A stretch of DNA of 64,000 nucleotides, taken from contig JAUCBJ010006470.1 of assembly GCA_032718475.1 (NCBI GenBank), positions 62,001-126,000 of the forward strand. Reading direction: 5' to 3'. The notes under the pieces are model-generated. The model was not told the DNA's origin, ran no database searches, and saw only the letters and a program-made list of their open reading frames with translations. Each line of letters begins with the position of its first letter. Within the stretch, counting starts at the first letter, position 1. The position numbers were made by a program, and so were the translations under genes. Below, piece after piece: positions 25,701-37,623 of the stretch. This DNA comes from Nemertoderma westbladi. Its lineage: Eukaryota; Animalia; Xenacoelomorpha.

Positions 25701-28700
25701 GACTTGATTACTTCTACTGGGTACTTACCAATCTGGGCTGTTGCCGTTTTCTTTAGAACAAACAGCGTGCCGTTTGGGCTATCGCGGGCGCCAAATATCC
25801 TAACGTACATTTGGTATGTAACCACTGGGCCGGATAAGTCTTCATTCTCAAACCAGAGAAATCGAAGGCTATCCTGGTCTGCCTTACAGGCTCTTACCTG
25901 GTGGAACATCGCCTCGATGTCACAAGTAAATGCGAATCGCCGCTGTCTAAAACGCAACAGTATTCCAATCAAATAGTTGTTCAGGTTGGGACCATCCATC
26001 AACTCTGAATTCAGGGACATACCTCTATAGACTGCTGCGCAGTCGTTGACTACTCGGACCTTGTCTGGCTTGTCAGGGTGAGTCACATAGTGGTGTGGAA
26101 GGTAATAAGTCTGGTCTGTCACTAAGTCAGGGTCCTCTACCTTCCCAGCAAATCCCTTGGCGAAATAGTTGTTGATCTGGGCGCAATACTTCTCCCTAAT
26201 GTCTGGATTCTTCAACAACCGAGCCCTTACTCCGTTTAATCTTTTCAAGGCTAAGTTGTAGTTGTTCTCCAACTTAGGTGGTTGTCGACGCCACAACATT
26301 CCAACTTCAAAATGTCCAGTCGGTAGTAGACGTATGGTATCTTCCATCATCTCCAGCGACCGCTTCTCATCAGTAGACATGGCTAGGTCATATCCACCGG
26401 GTTCCATTGCGTCCCTATCCAGCCATTCGACGGTTCTGGCTCCTGTCTCGAGGTCCTGGCGTATCAATTCCTTCTGTAATTCCTCCTCACTGTATTGAAA
26501 AATGTCTAGGTCTCGATATTTAGCCACTTGACCCTCCACTATGTCTGTATAAGTCAAAACGTTAGTCAAATAGGTAGCGTGGGCCGCTGAACCAGACCCA
26601 CGGGTCTGATAACAGTAGTCCTTGGGTTCACTATCTGTCCGGTCGTTATGAAGTGGTTCCGACAACCTAACATTATCGGGAATCAACTCCTCGTCCGACT
26701 CGCTAAAGTCACTATAGTGGTCAATACAGGTTCTCCTAAACTCGTCTATGTCTGGTGGTTCTACTAACGGTGGTTGAATTATAGGCTGTAATTCATCGTA
26801 TCTGTCCATTGGCTTGTCGCCACCTGTAAACTCATAAGACATGGGTACTTGTGTATACCAACCTAGTATGGTCCTATGGGCATGTGGTCCATTGACATGC
26901 GGCTCAGCTGGTCTCGTTTCCCATATCTGGTGTGCGATCAGCTGTTCTGCACCAATCAACATAGAAACATTCCTATAACCTACCTGGTGTCTGGGTATCC
27001 TGAGCTTGTCAAAATACTCCTGTGCTATGGGACTCATCGGCGGCACCTTACCTAACTGCCTGCCGAATCCCTTCATAGCTAGACACTTAAATCCGTCCAA
27101 TGGCAAAGCTTTCCGTTCTTGTCGAGTGTGTTGGTCTCTCGGAAGTAGGGAATCTAGTTCCACCGAAATTCTGTGTCCCTTGAGGTCTCCTACCCCATGC
27201 ATAGACTTCAACTCTATTTGGATCTCCTCGGCGTCCTGGAAGCTAGAAACGGCTCTCGCCACTTCCTCGTCGATATAAGATAATGTGGACGCAGTGTCCA
27301 ACATCACATATATTCGCTTCGATCCCTTATCGCCAGTGAGTTTCACCGGAATCACGCTAAATATTTCCGATGTGGCCGATGATAAATACGTCCGCGCGCT
27401 GGTCGATGAACTATCCGCGGTGAAACCTTGGCAGGTCACTTCTCTCGCGCTCGACTCGCCATCCTCGTCCGACGAACCTGGTTGGTAACCATCGTCCTGG
27501 ATGCCAGTGTACGTATTCCTCCTTATCGATACGGGTTCTTTGCTCCCCTTCCTTTGAGGATTTCGCTGTAAGTAACGGTCCGTTGGGGTGTGGAAATCCG
27601 CATGTAGCAACTTGTGATGTAGTCTGCCGCATTCCATGCATCCGTCCTTGCTGTTCGGGCACTGCCGCCGTACATGACCTGGCGCAAGACATGCCCAACA
27701 GGTGTCCAACGTCCGCACTTGAACTCTTCTCTGTTCCGAATTTAATTCTTTGAACCGTCTGCAACTATCTAACTTATGGTCGTCAGATCTTACCTCCTTT
27801 AGTAAACAGTATTGGCAACCTACAAATCCATCCGGCAACTCCTGTTGCTTTAACCTAGGTCTATCTAACCGCTCACCTGACCATACTCGCGAGTCTGATC
27901 TAAAGGCTGGGGTATTCGAATTATATCTGTCTACTGAGTTAAATGTCACAGTGGTCCTGTCATCGTCAAAACTTACCATAGACTTACCGGTAACAGGTTT
28001 AGACTCCCTCATATTCTCTTCTGAGAAGTTTGATTTCATCTCTGCTACTGCGTCTGTGGCTATCATGTCATGAATATGCTGAAGTGTCAACACCTTACCT
28101 TGGCCCTCCAACTTATTCTCTAATTTGCGCCATTTCTGTCGGTAACGCATGTTTAAACGTCTTATTACGCTTTTCAAAACTTCGGCGTGATCACCATGAT
28201 GAGGTAAATTCACCGTCCTCAAGATGTCCAATGCGTTCGAAATAGCGTTCGCTAAGTTCAACAGCTCTAACGGAGTTGTAATCCTTCCGCCCTTACCCAA
28301 GTCTTCTACTATCGACTGCGCCATCTTGGTTTTATTCCCGTAGATGTCACTAAGCGTCTTCATCGCTAACTCGAATGCTCTTTCGTTGCCGACGAAGTTA
28401 TCAGCAATGGCTCTAGGTTCTCGATGGAGCATCTGAAGCAAATAGTTGAACTTCTCGTTGGGAGTAAAGGTGCTGTTGGTTAGCTGCTCGTCGACATAGG
28501 TTTTGAAGGTCCTCCAATGTTTATGGTTACCCATAAACTTCTGGGGTTGCTGCGTCGGCAGTCCTTGCCTAGCAGCAAACTTACCTATGTCCCTAAGGGT
28601 TGCGTCGTTCCGGGTTAACAAATGGTTTAGTTCCGCAGGGTTGTTAAGTCTGGTCCTTTCCCGGTGGTTCCAACTTACCTGCTCCGCGTCCGTCCTTCTT

Positions 28701-31165
28701 TCCTTATAGTTTCGGGACTTCTGACGTCTCATTTCTTCCTCTTCATCGCTTGACTCAGTGTCAGTCCTTAGCGCTCGCGATGGTTTGCGCGCCGAGGCCC
28801 TGACCCAAGCCTCCTCAATAAATCTTTCTGCCGAATTTTCGAAATTGGGATTAGAGATGTTCGGGACAGGCGTCCTTACCTGAGGTCTATGTGGTATAGT
28901 TTCCTCCGATATGCGTACTCATTGACTAGGCTGGACTTTATCTAACTCAGGCCTGCTGGGATTAGAATTACTTCTTACCTGGGCTGCTTCCTTTAACCAT
29001 AGGTTGCTAAGCATGTCCGTTATAGGTTGGATGTGTGGCGATATAGCTTGCGCTAAACTAGCACTTAACTCATCCCTCGTAATAAATTCCTGGCTAGGGT
29101 TCTGTTGTATAGTCGGCTCTATCTGAGTAATCCGCTGTCTCTCATATGATCCCTCTTCCGGTTTAACCCGGAAGTTCTCCGTCGAACTGGGTCGGCGCTC
29201 CGTCCGCGTATTCCAAACCCGCGGGTTCGGTTCGCCAAGTACTCGTCCTGTCGGAGTTTCTTCTCTAAATTCTCCGTTGTCGCGTTCGGTGTATAGTGGT
29301 GCGGTGTTCCGATGACGTAGATCCTGCGCGATAGGTGAAGCACTAATACCAACTGGCGTGCGATATGTAGAGAACGGTTTAGCGATCCGTGTACTCGTAA
29401 TAGCTGGACCGGGTATAGGAATTCTGGTCGTCGTCGACTCGCGTATAGTCGGAGTCCTCGCTTCCTGTTCGGCCTTCTGCAGTGCGAACAGTTCTCGCAA
29501 CTCGGTCCCTACACTCGCCCCACATTCTTCGAGCATTCGCATCCCCTTCTCGGCGATTTCGTTCGCCTTCCTAGTTCGTTCTTCGCTCTCTAAACTTAAT
29601 CTCGCACTTTCCAACTGCGCCAGTTTACGCTCTTCTTCTTCCCTTGCTCGTCTCGCTGCGCTCTCTTCTTCCACTCGCGCCTTTTCTTCATACAATGCGC
29701 GTCTTCTTTTCTCGATCTCGAGTTCGCGTTCCTTGCGTCCGCGTTCGAGTTGAAGCTCGCGCTCCTTCTGTTCACGATCGAGTTTCTTGCGCTCGCGTTC
29801 GGCTTGGAGTTCGCGTTTCTTCGCTTCCTGTTCGCGTTCGAGTTGGAGTTCGCGTTTCTTCGCTTCCCGTTCGCATTCAAGTTGGAGTTCGCGTTTCTTC
29901 GCTTCCCGTTCGCATTCGAGTTGGAGTTCGCGTTCTCTCTGTTCGCATTCGAGTTCCTCACGCTCGCGCTCGGCTTGGAGTTCACGTTCCCTTTGCTCGC
30001 GTTCCGCTCGCTCGCGCTTACTTATCTCTTCCAACTCTCGTAACTCTGCGTCCAACTTACGTGTGCGCTCCCGTTCCCGCTCGGCTTCCTTCCGTGCATC
30101 CTGTGCACGCAAAACTTCCGCCTGCTGTTCGTCTAGTCGGCGTCTTCTCTCCTCCGCCGAGTTGTGAGAAACAAGGGATCTAGCACATATTACCTTACCT
30201 CGCGCGTGACTAACCTGGGAATCGCCGCTGTCTCTAGATGCGTCGTCGGGTGGAGTCAACGTCCTCTGTTGAATGTTCTCCGTCGTCGGTAGCACCTGGC
30301 CTGGTACCACCACTCCATTCTGCATCAGCCAGCTAGTAACTTCCCTCTGATAACGGCGCTCTTCCTTATCTTGGATCTCTTCCCGCTCCACTAAGTCTCT
30401 TAACTCTGCGTCACTCACCTGAGTCGCCTGCGCTTGTGATGCCCATAGCAGCCAGTTCTCCGTCCTAATTCGTCGGAATCGCTCCGATAACTCGCGGTGC
30501 TCCAACAAGGCTGCTAAAACCCTGTCGTAAATCCTCGTCGCCACGTCGCTCGACTGAGACTCTACTGCCTTCTTCGCTAGGACTGCAAGCTCCTCCGTCT
30601 GCTTGAATAACGCTGAGTTATATCCTCTTCTAATCTCTACTAACTCTACCCTCCCGATGTTCGCTGGGTCAGCTAACATCTTCCTTACCTTGTCCGCCGT
30701 CCGAGTTATATGTCCGGCATGCGCGTGAAGTTTCTTCTTTATCGCGATATCAAGTTCTCTCTCGCTTACCTGACTCACACTTGGTGGACTTGAAGGATTA
30801 TTTCGGGAACTACGGGTACTCCTAACAGCCGTCGGGACCACGGCACTTACCATACCCACAGGTCTGGAAACCGGGCTCCGGGCTCTCGCTTCTACTACAC
30901 TACCCTCCCTATCACTCACCTCTGTCCGGGCTGCCGTACAGTCCTTCCTATCAGTAGCGGTAGGGGGTCCTAATACTATTACCTGAGGCTGCTGTTCTTC
31001 CTCACTAGTCACTGTCTCGTCCTCCTGTTCACTTACGTCAGCGTCGCTCGCTGCGTCGTCATAGTCGGCATTGTCATCAACAGTAATATTTACGCTATCG
31101 TCAGTCGGCGGTCCAGCCGCCGTCTCATAGCTGTCCTCTAGTGCCTCTTTGTCTGAGACACTCAT
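22709..31165 (-). pseudogene. gag-pol: A2 gag-pol polyprotein, one frame (~2818 codons) with a single nonsense codon at 28919-28921
   Basis: ORFs 31165-28919 and 28732-22709 are in frame; the TGA corresponds to CGA (Arg) in A1; PR/RT/RH/IN motifs intact. Confidence 0.95.
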
Positions 31166-31502
31166 AGTCTAAATAATATTTGCCTTCCGGCAAAAATCTC
31201 GCAAAAATTCGAGATATAATTATAATTTAACCGAAATACGGTCAAATTATTTGTCAAATAATCAGTTGGTCCAAATGTCAAATAAATTCGCAATGCAATA
31301 TTGTGAATTTAATGGGGTATATAGTTATAGCAAATACTAACACAATATTTAAACAAAAATATTATTATATAGCTACTATATAGTATTAAATACCGGTATA
31401 GCACAAAATAACTTTGAATCTAATACAAAATATTCAAAATAAACTTGCCACCCGAATATTTCTAATTTTATATATATAGCTCCAATCAACGTAATTTTAA
31501 TT

Positions 31503-31865
31503 TCAAATATTATATGTATCCACTAGCGCGTGGCTACATCTTCGGGTTGCGACTCTCTCTAACTCTCTCTCTAACTTGAGCGATTCAAAAAACCATGGCC
31601 GGCTAAACCTAAATATCCTAACTAATAAATTGAGTTCAGCTTCGCAGTTAAACAACCGGTAATTTTTTACTGCTTCCACAAACACACTGGCGCCAACAGA
31701 ACAACTAACCTTGTTTGCTGTGAGATTCCACGTCCGCGTCCAAAGATTCAGGCCCTTCGCTGATTGCAAACCGAACCCGCAGACCCACACGAACCCCAAA
31801 CTCAGAAGTTCCGTCTTGCCATGTATCTCCAGATGGTATAAAATAACTAAGCGGTTACCTAACAT
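31503..31865 (-). other. A2 copy of the 120-codon leader ORF
   Basis: Counterpart of 1407-1769. Confidence 0.3.
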
Positions 31866-32292
31866 ACCGGTACAAAACTCTAGAATTTTACAAATAATTT
31901 TGACCGAAACTGAATTCTCGCAAACCTAGCTAAAATTTTCAAAAAACTTACTAATTACTGTTTGCCCTAAGGCCTAAGGAACTGCTGTATTCGCAATTAG
32001 CAAAACGCACTACCGTACATTCACTGTATGCAGCACAGTAAGTAAAACAGTACACCAACCTAACAGCCTAATGATACTGTGTGTGGTACGGCAAACAAAT
32101 GTCCTTCTACCGTCCGCAGTAACAACAATCAGCCTAATGTACTACTGTACTATTGTACGCAGCCAGTGAATACAGTAATCTAAACTAACAGCCTAATAGA
32201 ATAAATATACTCTATGTCTCACCGTACGCAGTACAGTACCTAATACAGTAATCTAATTCGTATTTACTGTACGCAGTACAGCAAAACAAAAT

Positions 32293-32302
32293 CGCGTATT
32301 AC
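32293..32302 (-). other. A2 non-tRNA primer-binding site GTAATACGCG, complementary to its own LTR (33341-33350; 16677-16686)
   Basis: Immediately follows the 5' LTR CA end; exact 10-nt complement of LTR sense-strand CGCGTATTAC. Confidence 0.65.
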
Positions 32303-34476
32303 TGATAAACAACCGCGACCTCTATACTAACAGCAGAACTGTTGAACAGACCAATACCCGTTAATATCCTTCTGCCAACCTAATAAGTTCTCGTCTAACC
32401 AATAAGACACGAAGACTGCTCTACTGTTAAGTAAAGGGGCTCAGGAGCGTGATATTACTAAATTGTAAGGGTTGCTAAATACAAACCGCTACTTACCGTT
32501 AGATGGCGCTAATCTGCCGTCCGCTAATATATTTTACTAAATTTACACAACTCCTGCAAAATCGCTTGTTCCTTTCTCTACCGATTGCTCGATAGAGAGC
32601 TAACTGTTCGAATCTATGAGCCACGCAGGAATAACCAAAACAATAAACCCGAGTCGGCTCCCTAAGCTTACTTAAGACGAGTGCGAGAGGCCTTGCACTC
32701 AGAGTATTCTTACGCCTAATTCTATCACTATTAAAGCACGCTATTACCTATGTCCTTCTAATCGCGAATACTGGAGGTTCCCTAACGTAATGTGTGAATG
32801 CGAGAATATTTAAAATATCAAAATGGTACAGTATCTGTTTCTACGTGGATAATACCACTCCGAGTCTAAAACTGCCCGCGACTGGCTTTAGGCCAGCAAA
32901 ATTACTAGCGTATCGTGCGTACCGAATAGTGCGTTCTAGCTGATTGCCCGCTAATGCAAATAACCGCTCAGCGTGAATAGTTTACAGTACACTAATTATT
33001 ACCTTAGCTACTCTCCGCTATGCTGCGTACTAATTCTTAATTTTTTACTAATTAATTACAGTCACAAATATTTAACAGCGTACTAATTACTAAGAGTTCC
33101 AGAATACGTAATTCTAATTTATCACGCAACAGGTTTCGCTAGTAATAGCCTAAATTGCCGTATTACTTTGACCTAATCAATAACTAATTATTGTAACTAA
33201 GAAATAGAAATCAATCAAAGGAAAAGAGCGCCTATCTAAGCATTCGTAATCTTAGGCACACTTCAATAACACACCAATCAGCGTTAGAAATCACAGTTTA
33301 CAATTGTGCAATTCACTACTCGTACTCCACACTCAACGTTGTAATACGCGCAGGCCTCTCCCGGGTACATCTAGGATTCCTAACTAACCCAATTCCTGCC
33401 CCCCTAATACTAAATAGAGACAAAACCTGGATCATCAGCCCCCTAGATACTGTACCGGCGATCGGTCTGCGTGCCGCAGTGCAAGATACCCGCCCGCAAC
33501 GGTGACCCTGGCCAGCGTTGCCCGCTTTGAATCCTCCGCTCTCTCCTAGTCGCTCAACCCCCCGATGCGCCCACCGCCCACTGGCACCTTAGCCCTCCAT
33601 GATACTAATAGCTACCGTAGCGGCGCATGCAAATCACAAAGTCTGACAGTCTCAGGAATCCCTTAGGATTATTGCGCAGAAAAGAATCACATAGAACCAT
33701 TAATCAAAGGTAGAAATCATAGTTCGATTGTAATTTGCAGTAATCGAAGGAATTATTGAGAAACACAAGCAAAATAATCGTAATAGATATGAACAAGAAA
33801 TTAATCAAAATTAGCAAATTGCAGAAAATACGATATCCTAATACAAAATTAGAGACAGCTCAGCAAGTAAATTGTAACAGGGGTGTGTCATGTGATAAGG
33901 CATGAACATATGAACAACAAAAGGCCCTACCGGCACACCGCCAATTTATAGGTGATCCCGATGGGGTGATGCAATAAGGTGACTCAATCGCTCTCCCATT
34001 GGCTCTCCAGTCCATGCTAGCATTAAACCAACCTGGAAGCAGTTAATCCAATAAGGAGACCGGATTGTAGCCCTATGCCCTCAAATTATTACCATATATG
34101 GTAATGGATCACGTCTCTGGCTGCTGAATGGCCAGGACAGCGTCCCTATATGCTAGCCCTATCAAACTAATATCAGCAAGCACAAAATCCAGGGTCCGAG
34201 TAAACTCGCTACCCTGGAACTATCTACATATATCCTAATACAAAATTACGTAGGTAGGGCTACATACTATACAAATGAATGGATGCAAAATATATGGGCG
34301 TTTTAACTTCCTTACCTAAATGTCACCACACTGCGCCTTATCTAAATAATTATACTGCACAACGGACTAATATTACGTACAGTATAACGGACTAATACTG
34401 CATACTGCATAATGGACTAATACTGCATACTGCATAATGGACTAATACTGTGGATACAGCGCCATATACCGTAACA
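32303..34476 (-). repeat. A2 5' LTR (2174 bp)
   Basis: Direct repeat of 15639-17812. Confidence 0.95.
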
Positions 34477-34482
34477 GTATAT

Positions 34483-35250
34483 GCAGACTCCGAAATGATT
34501 AGGCAGTATGCGTTCTAACCCAGTAGTACGACTTATTCTTTAATTGGGGGTTTACCTTACCGCATTGGCTGCCCCTACTTCCTAACCGTACTTAATCGGA
34601 CAGAGGCTCTACACACACTACAATCCGTTCAGACCTAATAACAGCCAGACAACTATCCAGCCTACAAATTATCTAAATAAATATTATACGCTACCCGTAC
34701 AGACTTACACAAACAAAGTACAGACTAAACGATGGCAGACTACTCTCAAGCCTAAATAAACTACAGGACATGCAGACTCCGAAATGATTAGGGAGTATGC
34801 GTTCTAACCCAGTAGTACGACTTATTCTTTAGTTGGGGGTTTACCTTACAGCATTCGCTGCCCCTACTTCCTAACCGTACTTAATCGGACAGAGGCTCTA
34901 CACACACTACAATCCGTTCAGACCTAATAACAGCCAGACAACTATCCAGCCTACAAATTATCTAAATAAATATTATACGCTACCCGTACAGACTTACACA
35001 AACAAAGTACAGACTAAACGATGGCAGACTACTCTCAAGCCTAAATAAACTACAGGACATGCAGACTCCGAAATGATTAGGGAGTATGCGTTCTAACCCA
35101 GTAGTACGACTTATTCTTTACTTGGGGGTTTACCTTACAGCATTCGCTGCCCCTACTTCCTAACCATACTTAATCGGACAGGTGATCTACACACACTGCA
35201 ATCCGTTCGGACCTAACAGCAATCAGACAACAGCTCAGCCTACAAATCGT
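34483..35250. repeat. 289-bp tandem repeat (~2.7 units) in the B3 leader
   Basis: GCAGACTCCGAAATGATTAGG recurs at 34483, 34772 and 35061. Confidence 0.92.
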
Positions 35251-35574
35251 CTGTACAATCTGATCAGGTTTACACGCCTTCTGTTCAATACTGGCCTACA
35301 AATAAATAAAACTTGACAGAAATAAGTAAACCATATAAAGGAATAAGGGGTGATCAATCCCTAATCCCTTAAACAGCCTACCGGTATACAACAATCAAAT
35401 CGAATAATACTAATGTACTTATACGGAAGTACCGGTTAGGACAGTTGGGCCTACGGGCCTACGGACCTACAGAAGTACCGGTTCTGGCAGTTGGGCCTAC
35501 TGACCTACGGCAGTACCGTTCAGGTTTACCGGTTGACCGGTACTTTCAACTTTATTGCTTACTGCAATAAAGAA

Positions 35575-35590
35575 GACATATATCCTTTAA
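35575..35590 (-). other. B3 non-tRNA primer-binding site TTAAAGGATATATGTC, complementary to its own LTR (36410-36425)
   Basis: Zero spacer after the LTR end ...GCGCGAACA; exact 16-nt complement of LTR sense-strand GACATATATCCTTTAA. Confidence 0.8.
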
Positions 35591-36861
35591 TGTTCGCGCT
35601 TTCAGACCTTTGGCAGTTTAATCCGCCAAATTAAGATGTCTTCTAGATATTAAATCGCTTTTTAGCCTATGACAAGTATTTGATTCACTACACTAGTCGA
35701 AACCAATCTGTGCGCGATCATTCACCCGCTGGATATTCCCGGGAGATTGGGTTCGACGGTTTAATTTTATTGCTATGTAAGCCTAATGTATTATTCGACT
35801 GACAGTATTATATAATCTCTGACAATATTATTCACCTTAGGGAATATTAACAGTTCCTTTAGGACGTGGCGCTTTATTTATATAAACAGAGTTATGACTT
35901 AAACTACTCACAACGATATGGCTTAATTATAATTCACATATATGGCGCATTCTTTAGGAATTGCTTCTTTAACAGACTCACTCATACACAATGCTGCACA
36001 ATACTGCACACTAATCTGCCAATCTTCACTGATTTTAGTCACATATAAAAGGAACACAGACTGACTCATGTAGGGTCTATCAAATAACATTAGATTCACT
36101 TCAAACCACTTTAACATAAGTCACAATCGTTATTGGTAACCTTTCTCTCTTACCTTCGGTATATCAAGAATATTGGGTTTTCGGGGTTATTTCTCGTTAT
36201 TCCAATATAATAATTCATCAACAAATATAATGAATAACCGACAACAAATAGCAGTATACAGTATCGATTGAGCAGGTAATTTTAGCAGTTTCAGCAGTTA
36301 TACGGCAGTTATTAAAAGCCGTGTGTGCCGTGTGTCAGCAGTTATTACGAAATTGCAGTTATTACGAAATTGCAGTTATTACGAAATTGCAGTTATTACG
36401 AAATTGCAGTTAAAGGATATATGTCCTTATAATTAAACCTACTAGTGTTGAGCTAAAAAGCAGAAAGCACAAAACACTACAAAGCCGTTCTTTCGTGGCT
36501 TTGAAAAACTCGTGACTACTACTCTATACGAGGATACCAACTACCCTTATTCCACGAAGCTCCCGTTCAACACAGAGAAAGAGCAGTGAGATAGGAAAAT
36601 TTCAGTTCAGTAGCTCTGTGATAGGTCAAAATCAAGGCTAACTCAAATTCTATTGGGAGATACAAAAACAAGGCTATGACGCAACCTTCCTAGGCTGGTT
36701 GGCCGATTAAACAGAGCCCAGATACCTGCGTACAGCAAATCAGCCAATAAGCTGGTAGCTTGCACTATTTTAGCTATAGATCCCCTTTAGAGTATTCTAG
36801 CGACCGGGGGGGAACTGGCCAACAAGGCAAACGAATCAGTTATCCCACAAAAGCTTTTACA
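35591..36861 (-). repeat. B3 5' LTR (1271 bp; contains ~4 copies of 17-bp GCAGTTATTACGAAATT)
   Basis: TGTAAAAGC...GCGCGAACA on the minus strand; homologous to the other B LTRs. Confidence 0.92.
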
Positions 36862-37623
36862 ATATCCGTTATCTGATGTCTGATCTCAACTCATACCTCA
36901 ACTCAACTCATAACATACCATACCTAATCAAACAACCTGTGCATACTTTATATTGTTATACTGCTATTTACTGTCAGTTCTTCATAATATGGTTGATGAA
37001 TTATTATATTTGGAATAACGATAAATAACCCCGAAACCCAATTTTCTTGATATACCGAAGGTAAGAGAGAAAGGTTACATATAACGATTGTGACTTATGT
37101 TAAAGTGGTTTGAAGTGAATCTAATGTTATTTGATAGACCCTACATGATTCGGTCCGTGTTCCTTTTATATATAACTAAAATCAGTGAAGATCGGCAGAT
37201 CAGTGTGCAGTATTGTGCAGCATTGTGTATGAGTGAGACTGATAACGAAGCATTTCCTAAAGAATGCGCCATATATGTGAATTGTAACTAAGCCATATCG
37301 TTGTGAGTAGTTTAAGTCATAACTCTGTTTATATAGATAGAGCGCCACGTCCTAAAGGAACTGTTAATATTCCCTGAAAGTGAATAATATTGTCAGAGAT
37401 TATATAATACTGTCAGTCGAATAATGCATTAGGCTTACATAGCAATAAAATTAAGCCGTCGAACCCAATCTCCCGGGTATATCCAGCGGGTGAATGATCG
37501 CGCACAGATTGGTTTCGACTAGTGTAGTGAATTAAATACTTGTCATAGGCTAAAAGTGATTTATTATCTAGAAGACATCATAATTTGGCGGGTTAAACTG
37601 CCAAAGGTCTGAAAGCGCGAACA
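36862..37623 (+). repeat. 5'-truncated family B LTR (B4) whose right end abuts B1 RT
   Basis: Matches the solo LTR from ~50957 to 51674; ends GCGCGAACA and is followed directly by mid-RT codons (VIDNIKRD). Confidence 0.9.

Larger units (their letters stand above)
15639..34476 (-). mobile_element. Full-length Bel/Pao element A2 (18.8 kb, two 2174-bp LTRs)
   Basis: Direct repeats 15639-17812 and 32303-34476, TG...CA termini on the minus strand, PPT, gag-pol and ORF2. Confidence 0.96.
34477..36861 (-). mobile_element. Family B element B3: 5' LTR, PBS and leader only
   Basis: 34483-35420 is homologous to the B2 leader at 63343-63990 and abuts a complete B LTR. Confidence 0.88.

Noticed and set aside
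28919-28921. Programmed stop-codon readthrough in A2 gag
   Set aside because: A1 has CGA at this codon, so this is a CpG transition; A1's own stops are at different positions.
35866-36117. Recurrent 60-64 aa ORFs (also near 37.1, 48.6 and 51.1 kb)
   Set aside because: They recur only because they lie in B LTR copies; overlapping on both strands, no motifs, and not called in the B1 LTR.
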